Source of the DNA: Candidatus Kaiserbacteria bacterium RIFCSPHIGHO2_01_FULL_53_31
GTDB taxonomy: Bacteria; Patescibacteriota; Minisyncoccia; Phycocordibacterales; Phycocordibacteraceae
Reading direction: 5' to 3'
NCBI GenBank assembly: GCA_001781095.1
Contig: MFKU01000006.1
Coordinates: forward strand, 21,999 to 82,540
DNA: 60,542 nt
Position 1 is the stretch's first letter; each line of letters begins with the position of its first letter. Below are positions 44,295 through 54,100 of the stretch, piece after piece. Both the position numbers and the translations under genes were made by a program. The notes under the pieces were generated by a model. The model saw only the letters and a program-made list of their open reading frames with translations, did no database searches and had not been told where the DNA came from.

Positions 44295-46100
44295 ATGGAA
44301 ATTCGCAACATCGCAATTATCGCCCATGTGGACCACGGGAAGACCGCGCTCACTGACGCTATCCTGAAGCAGACGGGTGCGGCGGCCGAGGGCACGACGA
44401 TGGACACGAACGCGCTCGAGCAGGAGCGCGGCATCACCATTTATGCCAAGAACGCCGCGGTAGAGTACAAAGGTACCAAGATCAACATCGTCGATACGCC
44501 TGGGCATGCCGACTTTGGAAGCGAGGTCGAGCGCGTCCTGCGCTCGATCGACTGCGTCCTGCTCGTCGTCGATGCACAAGAGGGCCCGATGCCGCAGACC
44601 CGCTTCGTCTTAAAGAAGTCACTCGAGCTCGGTCTCAAGCCGATTGTCGTGTTGAATAAAATTGATAAGCCAGCTGCCGACCCGGCGCGCGCTGAAGAGC
44701 AGGTTCTCGAGCTCTTTCTCGAGCTCGGTGCCAGCGACGAGCAATCTAATTTTCCCGTAGTCTATGCGATCGGACGCGACGGGCGCGCCGCGATGCATCC
44801 TGATGAATTGCGTATGGGCGGTACCGAAGCCAACCGAGATCTCTCTCCGCTGCTTGATCTGATACTCGAGCATGTACCCGCCGCTTCCGCAGGGCACTCC
44901 GCCACCGCTCCACTCATGGCCCAGCCCTTTAACCTCTCCTACGACAATTTCATGGGCCGCCTCGCCGTCAGTCGTATCTATGAGGGCACGATCACCCCGA
45001 ACCAGAACGTTTTTATAACGCATCCTTCGGGCGAAGTTCGCCAAGGCCGCACGACGAAAATATTTACATTTAAAGGTCTCCAACGTGCGGAGACAGACAG
45101 TGCGGTCGCGGGAGATATTGTTCTCATCGCGGGCCTGCCCGACATCTACATTGGCGAGACCATTACCACTAACAAGGATGCTGTGCCGCTTGCCGCTATC
45201 GCTGTGGACGAGCCGACCATCGTGCTCAATTTCCTCGTCAATAATTCGCCCTTCGCCGGAAAGGAGGGGAAATTTGTCACGACGCGCCAGATACGCGAGA
45301 GGCTCGAGAAAGAGCTCGAGGTCAACGTCGGTCTCAAGGTTGACTTCTCTCAAGGCGACACCTTCGCCGTGTCGGGGCGCGGCGAGCTCCACATTTCAAT
45401 ATTGCTCGAGAACATGCGTCGCGAGGGTTACGAGCTCCAAATTTCTCAACCACAGGTAATCATTCGCGAGGAAAATGGAGTGAAGCTGGAGCCGTTCGAA
45501 GAAGTTGTCATTGACACGCCAAGCGAATTCCAAGGCTCCATCATCGAGAAACTGAGTCAGCGCGCTTTCGTACTCCAGAATCTCACTCAGCACGGTAACA
45601 TCGTCCGCTTGACGCTCCTCGGCCCGACGCGCGGACTGCTTGGGTATAAAAATATGTTCATCATCGATACCAAGGGCGAGGGAATACTCTCGTCGCGCTT
45701 CATCGGCTATAAGCCATATGCGGGCGAGATTAAGAAGCGCCAAGTCGGCTCGATGATCTCGATGGCGACGGGGAAGGCGCTCGGCTACTCACTTTGGTAC
45801 TTACAAGATCGCGGCCAGCTCTATATTAAGCCGGCGGCCGAGGTCTACGAGGGCATGGTCATCGGCAATACGGCGAAGGGCGAGGAAATGAGCGCGAACC
45901 CGACCAAGGGCAAGAACCAGTCAAACGTCCGCTCCTCTGGCATGGATGAAGCACTGACTTTGGTGCCGATATTCGATCTCACGATTGAGCGCGGAATGGA
46001 AATCATGTCGGACGACGAATATCTCGAGATCACGCCAAAGAGTGTCCGCCTGCGCAAGCAATACCTTACTGAAAACGATCGCGCCAAGTCGCGCCGCTAG
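44295..46100 (+). CDS. typA: translational GTPase TypA/BipA
   Basis: [30 protein letters not shown]-like domains; 601 aa. Confidence 0.95.
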   Translation: MEIRNIAIIAHVDHGKTALTDAILKQTGAAAEGTTMDTNALEQERGITIYAKNAAVEYKGTKINIVDTPGHADFGSEVERVLRSIDCVLLVVDAQEGPMPQTRFVLKKSLELGLKPIVVLNKIDKPAADPARAEEQVLELFLELGASDEQSNFPVVYAIGRDGRAAMHPDELRMGGTEANRDLSPLLDLILEHVPAASAGHSATAPLMAQPFNLSYDNFMGRLAVSRIYEGTITPNQNVFITHPSGEVRQGRTTKIFTFKGLQRAETDSAVAGDIVLIAGLPDIYIGETITTNKDAVPLAAIAVDEPTIVLNFLVNNSPFAGKEGKFVTTRQIRERLEKELEVNVGLKVDFSQGDTFAVSGRGELHISILLENMRREGYELQISQPQVIIREENGVKLEPFEEVVIDTPSEFQGSIIEKLSQRAFVLQNLTQHGNIVRLTLLGPTRGLLGYKNMFIIDTKGEGILSSRFIGYKPYAGEIKKRQVGSMISMATGKALGYSLWYLQDRGQLYIKPAAEVYEGMVIGNTAKGEEMSANPTKGKNQSNVRSSGMDEALTLVPIFDLTIERGMEIMSDDEYLEITPKSVRLRKQYLTENDRAKSRR

Positions 46101-46144
46101 AATAACTCGTTTTTTCCGCTAGAGTGAGGTATAACGTACGGCAT

Positions 46145-47287
46145 ATGTCTTCCGCACGAACCTTTGCTGAACAGTTGCTCTCAAAAGCGGATATAAAAAT
46201 CGGCGGGAATCGGTCCTGGGATCTTAGTGTTCATGATGAGCGCGTTTTCAATCGTGTTCTTCGGCACGGGACGCTCGGCCTTGGCGAGGCCTATATGGAC
46301 GGCTGGTGGGACGTCGAGAAGCTCGATGAGTTTTTCTGTAAAGTGCTCTCGGCACATCTGGATCGAGAAATTACGTTTAATGCGACCGTCTTCTTCTCTG
46401 TTATAAAAGCGTATTTTTTCAATCTGCAGTCGAACTCACGATCTAAGAGAGTAGGTGAGCAACACTACGATATCGGGAATGATCTCTACGAAGCAATGCT
46501 CGACAAGCGCATGGTCTACACCTGCGGATATTGGGGCGCCCCTTCGACAGGCTCAGGGCAAGCAGCCGCACGTATGCTCGACGAAGCGCAGGAAGCGAAG
46601 CTCGATCTCGTATGCAAGAAAATTGGATTGAAGGCAGGCGACCGAGTGCTCGATATCGGTGGCGGATGGGGGAGTTTTGCCAAGTTTGCAGCTGAACGAT
46701 ATGGCGCGTCGACCGTAGCGATTACTATTTCAAAAGAACAGGCGACGCTCGGGCGAGAACTATGTGCGGACTTACCGGTAGAGATTCGTCTTCAGGATTA
46801 TCGCGAACTTGACGAGAAATTTGATCATATCATCTCGCTCGGCATGTTCGAGCACGTGGGGCCGAAGAATTACCGCGAGTATTTTAAAATTGCGAACCGT
46901 TGTTTGAAAGATGACGGATTCTTCCTCCTCCATACCATTGGGTTTAATCTCTCCGTACCTGCTGCAGAGCCATGGACTGATACATACGTATTCCCGGGCG
47001 GCGTGCTGCCGTCAGTCGCCGAGATAGGGAAGGACACCGAGGGACTTTTCGTCATGGAAGACTGGCATAACTTCGGCGCGGACTATGACAAAACGTTGAT
47101 GGCATGGTTCAAGAATTTTGACGCAGCATGGCCCGCGCTCCGCGACAGGTACGATGATCGTTTCTATCGCATGTGGAAGTACTATCTTCTCATGTGCGCC
47201 GGCGGCTTCCGCGCACGAAATCTCCAACTCTGGCAGGTGGTTTTTTCAAAAGACGGCGTCCCTGGCGGATACAAAAGCGTGCGCTAG
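46145..47287 (+). CDS. cfa: cyclopropane-fatty-acyl-phospholipid synthase
   Basis: LGLGEAYMDGWW, SAM motif VLDIGGGWG, ...SLGMFEHVG..., C-terminal YLLMCAGGFR. Confidence 0.85.
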   Translation: MSSARTFAEQLLSKADIKIGGNRSWDLSVHDERVFNRVLRHGTLGLGEAYMDGWWDVEKLDEFFCKVLSAHLDREITFNATVFFSVIKAYFFNLQSNSRSKRVGEQHYDIGNDLYEAMLDKRMVYTCGYWGAPSTGSGQAAARMLDEAQEAKLDLVCKKIGLKAGDRVLDIGGGWGSFAKFAAERYGASTVAITISKEQATLGRELCADLPVEIRLQDYRELDEKFDHIISLGMFEHVGPKNYREYFKIANRCLKDDGFFLLHTIGFNLSVPAAEPWTDTYVFPGGVLPSVAEIGKDTEGLFVMEDWHNFGADYDKTLMAWFKNFDAAWPALRDRYDDRFYRMWKYYLLMCAGGFRARNLQLWQVVFSKDGVPGGYKSVR

Positions 47288-47306
47288 AGTTGTGCACTAG
47301 TGGCAA

Positions 47307-47335
47307 TTGACAGGCCACTGCGGCAGGCATATTGT
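47307..47335 (+). promoter_or_regulatory. sigma70-like promoter of the non-coding unit
   Basis: TTGACA (47307-12), 17-nt spacer, TATTGT (47330-35). Confidence 0.55.
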
Positions 47336-47341
47336 CAGAGC

Positions 47342-47640
47342 GGATGTGGGGTTGTGTGGTGGAGTCCATATCGAAGGGAGGGCCTAATTAGGGTGGCAGC
47401 TCTGCTCTGGTTTCAAGCTAGACATCTCGGGGTGACGGTGGTGGTGGTATGCGGTATTCGTAAACCGAGTTGCCCGGTGTGTAAACCGGACGCCTTTCAA
47501 AGGGGTTTGCAATGGACAAAGTCTATAAGGGCTGACGCGTGAGCGAAGCCAAGGTGCGCTTTGCGCAACCTTTCGTCTCCTTTCAAAAGTCGAAAAGGTG
47601 TGGGGGTGTGGTCGCGCAAACCACATCCCCGACACCGACC
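47342..47640 (+). ncRNA. structured ncRNA, possibly a divergent/reduced RNase P RNA
   Basis: Promoter-to-terminator unit without a credible ORF. Collinear RNase-P-like motifs: GGAGTCC (47361), TAGGGTGGCAG (47389), GGGGTGACGGTG (47429), GTAAACC twice (47460, 47481), CAAAGGGG (47498), GGACAAAGTC...GGGCTGA (47514-35). 5'/3' complement GGATGTGG/CCACATCC. Identity unproven. Confidence 0.45.
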
Positions 47641-47645
47641 ATGTT

Positions 47646-47669
47646 GCCATCCACGGGATGGCATTTTTT
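47646..47669 (+). terminator. rho-independent terminator
   Basis: GCCATCC-ACG-GGATGGC followed by ATTTTTT. Confidence 0.7.
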
Positions 47670-47731
47670 GTATAAAAAACGGAAAGCCTCGGCGGTGGAG
47701 CTTGCTGAAGCTTCCGTTCGAGACTTTGCGG

Positions 47732-47938
47732 TCATGCCTGGCCCTCCGGACTGATATTGAGGTTCACGAGGGCGAAGAGGAGCTCATCCTTTGTGTGGTA
47801 AAACGAACCCGCGGGAGTTCGTCGAATGAAATCCGACGCCTCTATACTCCACCCCTTACGCTCGTCCTCGTAGACCGGGAAAACTTCGAGCCCGATCTTC
47901 ACGAGGGACGCCTTAATTTCTCCTCGCACGCTGGCCAT
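47732..47938 (-). CDS. hypothetical small protein
   Basis: GAGGAGG 5-6 nt upstream of ATG 47938; MASVRGEIKASLVKIGLEVFPVYEDERKGWSIEASDF... A HicB-like fold is only a guess. Confidence 0.45.
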   Translation of the reverse strand: MASVRGEIKASLVKIGLEVFPVYEDERKGWSIEASDFIRRTPAGSFYHTKDELLFALVNLNISPEGQA

Positions 47939-48128
47939 CGCTTTCCTCCTCTCTATGTCTACAAGCAATCTTCCAGCGACCCACTTACTAGTTTAAGTAT
48001 ACTACAGCGAAAGTCGAAAGTCAATAGCCTGTGGATAACTGTGGAACACCAGTGAATACTTAAAGACGATAAATATATATTGACAAACGATAAGCACTAA
48101 ATTAAGATAGAATCTACAAGAATCTCCT

Positions 48129-48608
48129 ATGAAAAAAAGCTCGACGATATTTCTTCAGGTAGTCATTGTGCTCATCGGCATCGTGGCGCTAGGCATCATG
48201 ATCCGGTTCCCCTTGACCGAGGGGAGAGCCACAAACTTAGACCTTTTTAGTATTTATGCTGACCCGTTCATCATATATGGGTACGCAGTATCTATCGCAT
48301 TTTTTGTTGCGCTGTATAAGGCATTCAAATTACTCGGATATATCGGACAAAATAAAGTATTCTCACTAGGCTCTGTGAAGGCTTTAAGGACTATAAAATA
48401 TTGCGCAATCGTACTGAGCATTTCAATTGTAATGGCAGTACTGTTCATAATGACATCTCATAATAAAGATGACGATCCGGCAGGCTTTATTGCGATGGGT
48501 ATTTTGACTACTTTTATTTCTATCGTAATCGCCACTGCGGCGGCCGTGTTTGAAAAAACGTTACAAAGTGCCGTGGATATAAAGTCCGAGAACGACTTAA
48601 CCGTTTAA
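48129..48608 (+). CDS. DUF2975-like membrane protein
   Basis: Four TM helices; paired with a downstream YozG-type HTH gene, as is typical for this family. Confidence 0.65.
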   Translation: MKKSSTIFLQVVIVLIGIVALGIMIRFPLTEGRATNLDLFSIYADPFIIYGYAVSIAFFVALYKAFKLLGYIGQNKVFSLGSVKALRTIKYCAIVLSISIVMAVLFIMTSHNKDDDPAGFIAMGILTTFISIVIATAAAVFEKTLQSAVDIKSENDLTV

Positions 48609-48612
48609 CGCT

Positions 48613-48819
48613 ATGGCAATCATTATTAACATCGACGTCATGTTGGCGAAGCGGAAAATGAGTGTCACCGAGCTCTCCGAGAAAGTCGGTATCACGATGG
48701 CCAACGTCTCTATACTGAAAAACGGAAAGGCAAAAGCCATTCGCCTCTCAACGTTGGAGGCAATTTGCAAGGCTTTAGGATGCCAGCCCGGCGATATCTT
48801 GGAGTACAAGAAGCCCTAA
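48613..48819 (+). CDS. Cro/C1-type (YozG-like) HTH transcriptional regulator
   Basis: MAIIINIDVMLAKRKMSVTELSEKVGITMANVSILKNGKAKAIRLSTLEAICKALGCQPGDILEY. Confidence 0.85.
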   Translation: MAIIINIDVMLAKRKMSVTELSEKVGITMANVSILKNGKAKAIRLSTLEAICKALGCQPGDILEYKKP

Positions 48820-48897
48820 CATGGAAGAATGTGCACAATGGCACAGGAGTTGATAAATGATTTCCCAATAGGGAAGTAGATTGTTAACATTGCAGAA

Positions 48898-49380
48898 ATG
48901 CCTCCTGCAGAACTGACGTCGGTAGTTTCAGCCGCAAATGTCCACCATGTAGAATCATGGTCATTTGGGAAGTTGTTTAGTGGAAGAATTGGGCGACTGC
49001 GATATTTTGAGGGCGCAGTATTTATACTCATATTTTTCTTCGCATTCATCGCTATAGTCTGGGGACTTGTTAGCGCATTGGGTGGAGTTACCTCCATAGA
49101 TTCGTCGAACGTGCTACTCAACGTATTCGGATCTGTATTGTTCCCAACTATTCTGGCTCTATTTTTTGTCGCGTACCTCGTCACCATTCTTTCTTTAGCA
49201 GTTCGAAGGTGGCATGACATAGGATATTCAGGTTGGATGGTACTTCTACAATTTATTCCATTCGTTAATGTAATCACTGCCTTAATATTGCTTTTCAAGA
49301 AAGGAGAACCTATAGAAAATAAATATGGAACACTTCCAGTAGTCGGTAGGAAATCTCTTGCTGACATATTTAACTACTAG
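48898..49380 (+). CDS. DUF805 family membrane protein
   Basis: GRIGRLRYFEG...AVRRWHDIGYSGWMVLLQFIP is the DUF805 signature. Confidence 0.75.
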   Translation: MPPAELTSVVSAANVHHVESWSFGKLFSGRIGRLRYFEGAVFILIFFFAFIAIVWGLVSALGGVTSIDSSNVLLNVFGSVLFPTILALFFVAYLVTILSLAVRRWHDIGYSGWMVLLQFIPFVNVITALILLFKKGEPIENKYGTLPVVGRKSLADIFNY

Positions 49381-49584
49381 CGAGCTTTATGAAATAGGCC
49401 AATTTTATTGGTGATCGGTGTGCGGGAAATTGGTCATGAGTCGCTAAGCGCATTGCTCCGGGTTTTTGCAATTCGCTAAGCGCTCTCGACCCCGGCTCGC
49501 GGCGCTCGCAGACTCGCGCATCGCTCCGCCATTCAATTCCCCACACGAAACGCGCAGGCGTTTCGTTCCGCCTCCACCAGAAAC

Positions 49585-49610
49585 GCGAAAACCGCCCGAA
49601 GGCGGTTCGC
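49585..49610 (-). terminator. terminator after tmRNA
   Basis: On the minus strand AACCGCC-TTCG-GGCGGTT followed by TTCGCGTTTC, extended by a GCG/CGC clamp. Confidence 0.6.
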
Positions 49611-49618
49611 GATATTTC

Positions 49619-50050
49619 TGGTGGAGGCGGGGGGAATTGAACCCCCGTCCGAATCTGTTATTGAAAGAGAGTCTACGACGCGTAGTCAGCGTTATCCGCC
49701 GAAGCGGTTTAAAGCAGGATGCGAAGAACGCAGACGAAACCATTCCTGCCCGATCCCTAATTTAGATGTCGCGGGCGGGAGACCGGACATCGATTCTACA
49801 GGTAATTCCGCCCATCCTTCCCACTGTAGAAACTGGAGAGGATAGACGTCGCGCTAGGCGACAGCGAGCTTACGCTCGAGCTGTTGCGTAGGCGAACGCG
49901 ATATCGCCGACCTTACCGAAGTAAGGCGACTTAACCGCGCTTGCAAGAGTTGTCTTGGCAAGTTTGTTTTCCCGCTGGATTTAAGTGTCAGCGGGAGAGC
50001 ACTGCGCCGCACATCCTTCAAGGTACAGACCGTCAAAGCCGGTCACCCCC
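49619..50050 (-). ncRNA. ssrA: transfer-messenger RNA
   Basis: Minus strand begins GGGGGTGACCGGCTTTGACGG and ends GGACGGGGGTTCAATTCCCCCCGCCTCCACCA. The acceptor has the G3-U70 wobble. One internal tag frame ends ...QQLERKLAVA-stop. Adjacent to smpB. Confidence 0.9.
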
Positions 50051-50102
50051 GGAGAGAATAGAATACCATTCTGTACTCTCCGCGACTGACCATCCGTGCT
50101 AC

Positions 50103-50546
50103 TTATCTGTTTTTCAAAATTCGCCCAGCTTCGCGCTCGGCATCGCGCTTTTTCAAGTCTTCACGTCGATCTGCTTTCCCTTTTCCTCGAACGATCGCGA
50201 CATGTGCCTTCACGAAGTTGTGTGCAGTATATACTCCAAAAGGTATGCTTGTCAAGCCCTTCTTCGATTCCGCAGCGGCCAGTTCAGCGATTTCTGCCTT
50301 GGCGAGGAGGAGCCGTCGCGGACGCTCAGGATCATAGTTCTTCGGCGCGTTCGCCGCTTGGTACGCGGGTATAGTCATCCCGACAATAAAGGCCTCGCCG
50401 CCGCGTACTACTACTCGTGCACCCTCAAGCGAGCCGAGTTTATTCTTAAGGGCTTTAACCTCTTGGCCAATGAGCTCAATACCCGCCGAGAAATTCTCGA
50501 GCGGGACGTATTTTAAATGGGCCTTTTTATTTTTGATGAGTTCCAT
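50103..50546 (-). CDS. smpB: SsrA-binding protein
   Basis: MELIKNKKAHLKYVPLENFSAGIELIGQEVKALK...GKGKADRREDLKKRDAERE; internal ATG of the 219-aa ORF. Confidence 0.9.
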   Translation of the reverse strand: MELIKNKKAHLKYVPLENFSAGIELIGQEVKALKNKLGSLEGARVVVRGGEAFIVGMTIPAYQAANAPKNYDPERPRRLLLAKAEIAELAAAESKKGLTSIPFGVYTAHNFVKAHVAIVRGKGKADRREDLKKRDAEREAGRILKNR

Positions 50547-50607
50547 GTGAAGAAATATTGTGCGTCCAATCTTTCGCTTCGAACATAGAATAGAGTATAG
50601 TACTTTT

Positions 50608-52590
50608 ATGACAACTGTATCTCCTAAGAAGCCGAAGGGCGCTACCGCTAAGCAGGGCAAGAAGGCAATCTCGGGATGGCGCGGATGGCGCGGATGGCGC
50701 ACGCTCCTTGGCGGGCCATCCTTCTTCGGGAATTTCGTGACTACAGTGCTCATATTCCTCATCCTTATGAGCGCATATTCGCTTATCGCGAATTCGCTTC
50801 AACCGTCGAGTGATGTTCCGCTCTCGGTCGTCGCTGCCGATGTCGCCGCAGGGAAAGTGAGCTCGATCATCGTGGATGGCGATTTGCTGAATCTCACCTA
50901 TACGGACAGTTCAACGAAGACTTCGCGTAAGGATCCGGCCGCTGCACTGCCCGAAACGCTCGCGACGTATGGCATCACGCCAGAAGAATTGCGAAAAGTT
51001 GCGATAACCGTGCAAGGACAATCAGGGTTCCAATTCTGGTTCCTCACGCTAGCGCCAATTATTCTGCCGCTCCTCTTCATCGCCTTCCTTTTCTGGTTCC
51101 TCTCGCGACAGGTCCGAGGTGCGGGGATGCAGGCATTTAGCTTCGGGCAATCGAAGGCACGCGTAACTGATCCGGGCGATTCCTCACAGCGCGTTACCTT
51201 CGCTGACGTGGCGGGTGCCAAAGAGGCGAAAGAGGAATTGCTCGAGATTGTCGATTTCCTCAAGAACCCGAAGAAGTTTCTCGATATCGGCGCACGCATC
51301 CCGAAGGGCATTATCCTCATGGGTGCACCCGGGACGGGAAAGACCTTGCTCGCGCGCGCAGTGGCAGGCGAGGCAGGCGTACCATTCTTCTCGATCAGCG
51401 GTTCGGAGTTCGTCGAGATGTTTGTCGGTGTGGGCGCGAGCCGTGTGCGCGACCTCTTCCAGCTCGCGAAGAAGGCCGCACCGTCGATTATTTTCGTCGA
51501 CGAGATCGACGCGGTCGGCCGCGTGCGTGGTGGCGGTGTGGGTGGCGGCAACGACGAGCGCGAGCAGACACTCAATCAAATCTTGGTCGAGATGGACGGT
51601 TTCGAGCCGCATGAGAAGGTCGTCGTTATGGCCGCGACCAACAGACCCGACGTGCTCGACCCCGCGCTCCTGCGCCCCGGTCGCTTCGACCGCCGCGTGA
51701 CTATTGACCTCCCGGATCGCAAAGATCGCGAGGAGATCCTTGCCATTCATGCGCGCCAGAAGCCGTTTGGGCCGGACGTCGATCTCTCGATAATCGCCGA
51801 GCGTACGCCGGGCTTCTCAGGTGCCGAGCTGTATTCGCTCATGAATGAGGGCGCGATTCTCGCGGCGCGAGAGAACCGTAAGGAGGTGACACAGTACGAT
51901 CTCATCCGCTCTATCGAGAAGGTGATGCTCGGTCCGGAGCGCAAGAGCCACCTGCTCTCGAAGAAAGAAAAAGAGCTCACGGCCTATCACGAGGCCGGGC
52001 ACGCGCTCGTCTCATCGGTGCTCCCGAACGCAGATCCGGTGCATAAAATCTCTATCATTAGCCGCGGCCGCGCGGCAGGGTACACGCTTAAGCTCCCGTT
52101 CGAGGATCGTAGAATGCAATCGAAGAAGCAATTCCTCGATGACATTGCGGCGACGCTCGGCGGCTACGTCGCGGAGGAGATGCTCTTCGACGATGTGACG
52201 ACGGGGCCATCGAACGACCTTATGGTTATCACATCGCTTGCACGCGATATGGTTGTGCGCTACGGCATGAGCGACAAACTGGGGCCCATCGCCTTTGGCG
52301 AGCGGCAGCTCGGTAACGAGCCCTATTCAGAAGAAGTGGCAGCGCAGATCGACGCGGAAGTAACGCGAATTATTGACGAGGCAAAGCTGCGTGCGAAAAA
52401 TGTAATCAGCGAGCACCGAGCGGCGCTCGATGCGATCGCGAAGGTACTCATCGAGAAAGAGACCATCGAGCGCACCGAATTCGAGAAGATTCTCGTGGTG
52501 AACGGCATCACTCCTAAGTCGCGCGAAGAAGAGCAACCAGTTATCATTGCCCCGGGCACCGCCGGTGGCCGCGCCGTCGGTCTTGAATAA
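50608..52590 (+). CDS. ftsH: ATP-dependent zinc metalloprotease FtsH
   Basis: Walker [12 protein letters not shown] motif, HEAGHAL zinc site. TATAGT lies 6 nt before ATG 50608. Confidence 0.95.
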   Translation: MTTVSPKKPKGATAKQGKKAISGWRGWRGWRTLLGGPSFFGNFVTTVLIFLILMSAYSLIANSLQPSSDVPLSVVAADVAAGKVSSIIVDGDLLNLTYTDSSTKTSRKDPAAALPETLATYGITPEELRKVAITVQGQSGFQFWFLTLAPIILPLLFIAFLFWFLSRQVRGAGMQAFSFGQSKARVTDPGDSSQRVTFADVAGAKEAKEELLEIVDFLKNPKKFLDIGARIPKGIILMGAPGTGKTLLARAVAGEAGVPFFSISGSEFVEMFVGVGASRVRDLFQLAKKAAPSIIFVDEIDAVGRVRGGGVGGGNDEREQTLNQILVEMDGFEPHEKVVVMAATNRPDVLDPALLRPGRFDRRVTIDLPDRKDREEILAIHARQKPFGPDVDLSIIAERTPGFSGAELYSLMNEGAILAARENRKEVTQYDLIRSIEKVMLGPERKSHLLSKKEKELTAYHEAGHALVSSVLPNADPVHKISIISRGRAAGYTLKLPFEDRRMQSKKQFLDDIAATLGGYVAEEMLFDDVTTGPSNDLMVITSLARDMVVRYGMSDKLGPIAFGERQLGNEPYSEEVAAQIDAEVTRIIDEAKLRAKNVISEHRAALDAIAKVLIEKETIERTEFEKILVVNGITPKSREEEQPVIIAPGTAGGRAVGLE

Positions 52591-52612
52591 CGCACAGACG
52601 TAGGAAGAATCG

Positions 52613-53245
52613 TTAGTCGGTCTCCTTTTCCCAAAACAGGTCCCGGTTCTTCATGTCGACACTAAGTACATTGACGAATTTGCGCATGACAGGAAATCCT
52701 TCGGTCGTTGCGAGCTTCTTTCCGAGATGCAGATCATAGGTGAGTTTTGTTCGCTTGATCGATTTTTCACTTATAGGGTCAAAGAGTTCAAATATCGGTT
52801 CTATCTTATCAAGTGCGTGAACGAAGCGCGCCTCGAGCGTCTTGCGTTCTTCATATTCCTCCCACAATGCTCTCCCGCGCGAATTGAGCGGTGACGGCAG
52901 TGACCCGAAGATGGCCTTTGCGTCTTCATGTTCTCGGATCTTGTCGGCATCGTTCTTGTAGTGGTACGGCATGTCACCATTCAAGATCTCTCCAAAATCG
53001 TGATAGAGGAGCATTTCATATATTCTTGAGCGGTCCATGGTTCCTTTGGGGTCCTCGAGCGGCAGAAAATACTGCGCGAGGAAGAGGAGCGCAAATACGT
53101 GTTCAGCAACTGATTCGCCATGTATGGAGAGATCTCGGGATCCTGCATAGCGTATTGTTTTCTTGAGTTCATACGCCGTCCTCAATTGTTTTGTGATCTG
53201 AAGAACGACGCTATCAGGTGCGGTGAGGAGCTCGGCGGCCTTCAT
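52613..53245 (-). CDS. HD domain phosphohydrolase (YfbR-like)
   Basis: HGESVAEHVF...LLYHDFGEILNGD contains the H...HD...D motif; internal ATG at 53245. Confidence 0.75.
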   Translation of the reverse strand: MKAAELLTAPDSVVLQITKQLRTAYELKKTIRYAGSRDLSIHGESVAEHVFALLFLAQYFLPLEDPKGTMDRSRIYEMLLYHDFGEILNGDMPYHYKNDADKIREHEDAKAIFGSLPSPLNSRGRALWEEYEERKTLEARFVHALDKIEPIFELFDPISEKSIKRTKLTYDLHLGKKLATTEGFPVMRKFVNVLSVDMKNRDLFWEKETD

Positions 53246-53425
53246 GGTGGAAACTATAGCAAATGATACGTGTTGGCCGCGATTGAGTAGCCCACCGCTA
53301 CCTATATTTACGGAGCATAGTGAGATATGATGGCATTCATCCACATCCGTATCGGCTACGATGCTGTGTGGTCACTCGGAGTATCTGAAGACGAACGCAG
53401 ACATTCGTTGCAGATTTCTTCGCTC

Positions 53426-53499
53426 CCGCCCCTAGCTCAGCTGGTTAGAGCATCGAGCTTATACCTCGAGGGTCCTTGGTTCGAATCCAAGGGGGCGGA
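53426..53499 (+). tRNA. tRNA-Ile (TAT)
   Basis: Acceptor CCGCCCC/GGGGCGG (C1-G72), Ile-type D arm GCTC-AGCTGGTTA-GAGC, anticodon stem TCGAG/CTCGA with loop CTTATAC, T arm CTTGG-TTCGAAT-CCAAG. Confidence 0.8.
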
Positions 53500-53588
53500 C
53501 AAACACTGGTATAGATATAATATCTATGGTATAGACAGGACGGACACGAATTCTGACGAGAGGTAGACACATACAGAAAGGAGAGGTT

Positions 53589-54083
53589 ATGAGAAACCCA
53601 CAGAAGCTCGATGGGTGGGAACAGCTCTATCATGACGTTATGGGCAAGCCATCGCGTGGAAAGGCACAAGAAGTTCTCGAGGAACATATTGCGCGACTGC
53701 CGGTTCGATGGAGAAGGACATTGCGTCTGCACTACCGAATCGATGACCCTCAGGACGTTAGAGATTTCTTCGCGGTTGCCGAAGAATATGTTCGCGCACT
53801 CAAAAAGAAGGCTCTGCCTAAATTACGTGAGTGGTTGCGTCCACTCACACCAGCAGAACGGCGAGCCCAGAAGGCGATTCGGGAGTGGTCGATTGCAAAC
53901 AGGTACTTGCCACTTCTCATTTGCGACCAGGAAGGTCTCAGTCTTGTTCAATTGGAAACACTGGTCGATAACAAGAGAATTTTGGCTCGCGCCTTGCGCC
54001 TCGCGCGGAAGAATCTGAACGACTGCGAACAGCGATTCATCTCAGCCTCGCAAGTGATAGCGGACAAGTCGAACACGAGCTGA
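53589..54083 (+). CDS. hypothetical protein
   Basis: 164-aa Arg/Leu-rich ORF next to a tRNA; no family recognised. Confidence 0.4.
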   Translation: MRNPQKLDGWEQLYHDVMGKPSRGKAQEVLEEHIARLPVRWRRTLRLHYRIDDPQDVRDFFAVAEEYVRALKKKALPKLREWLRPLTPAERRAQKAIREWSIANRYLPLLICDQEGLSLVQLETLVDNKRILARALRLARKNLNDCEQRFISASQVIADKSNTS

Positions 54084-54100
54084 CGAAAACAGCCAACAAA

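Noticed and set aside
44619-45392. 257-aa minus-strand ORF
   Set aside because: It is antisense to typA.
47300-48055. 80-aa and 164-aa plus-strand ORFs over the 47.3-kb non-coding unit
   Set aside because: They start at GTG or an internal ATG without signals, cross an intrinsic terminator, overlap a convergent SD-led gene, and have an RNA-like G/C-skewed composition.
48036-48058. Direct repeat CTGTGGA-N4-CTGTGGA as an operator for the HTH regulator
   Set aside because: It is too short and lies upstream of the promoter-like TTGACA-17-TAAGAT. There is no supporting symmetry.
49444-50036. Several 60-99-aa ORFs on both strands
   Set aside because: They overlap the tmRNA gene and its trailer. 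Only the short internal tag frame is biologically meaningful.
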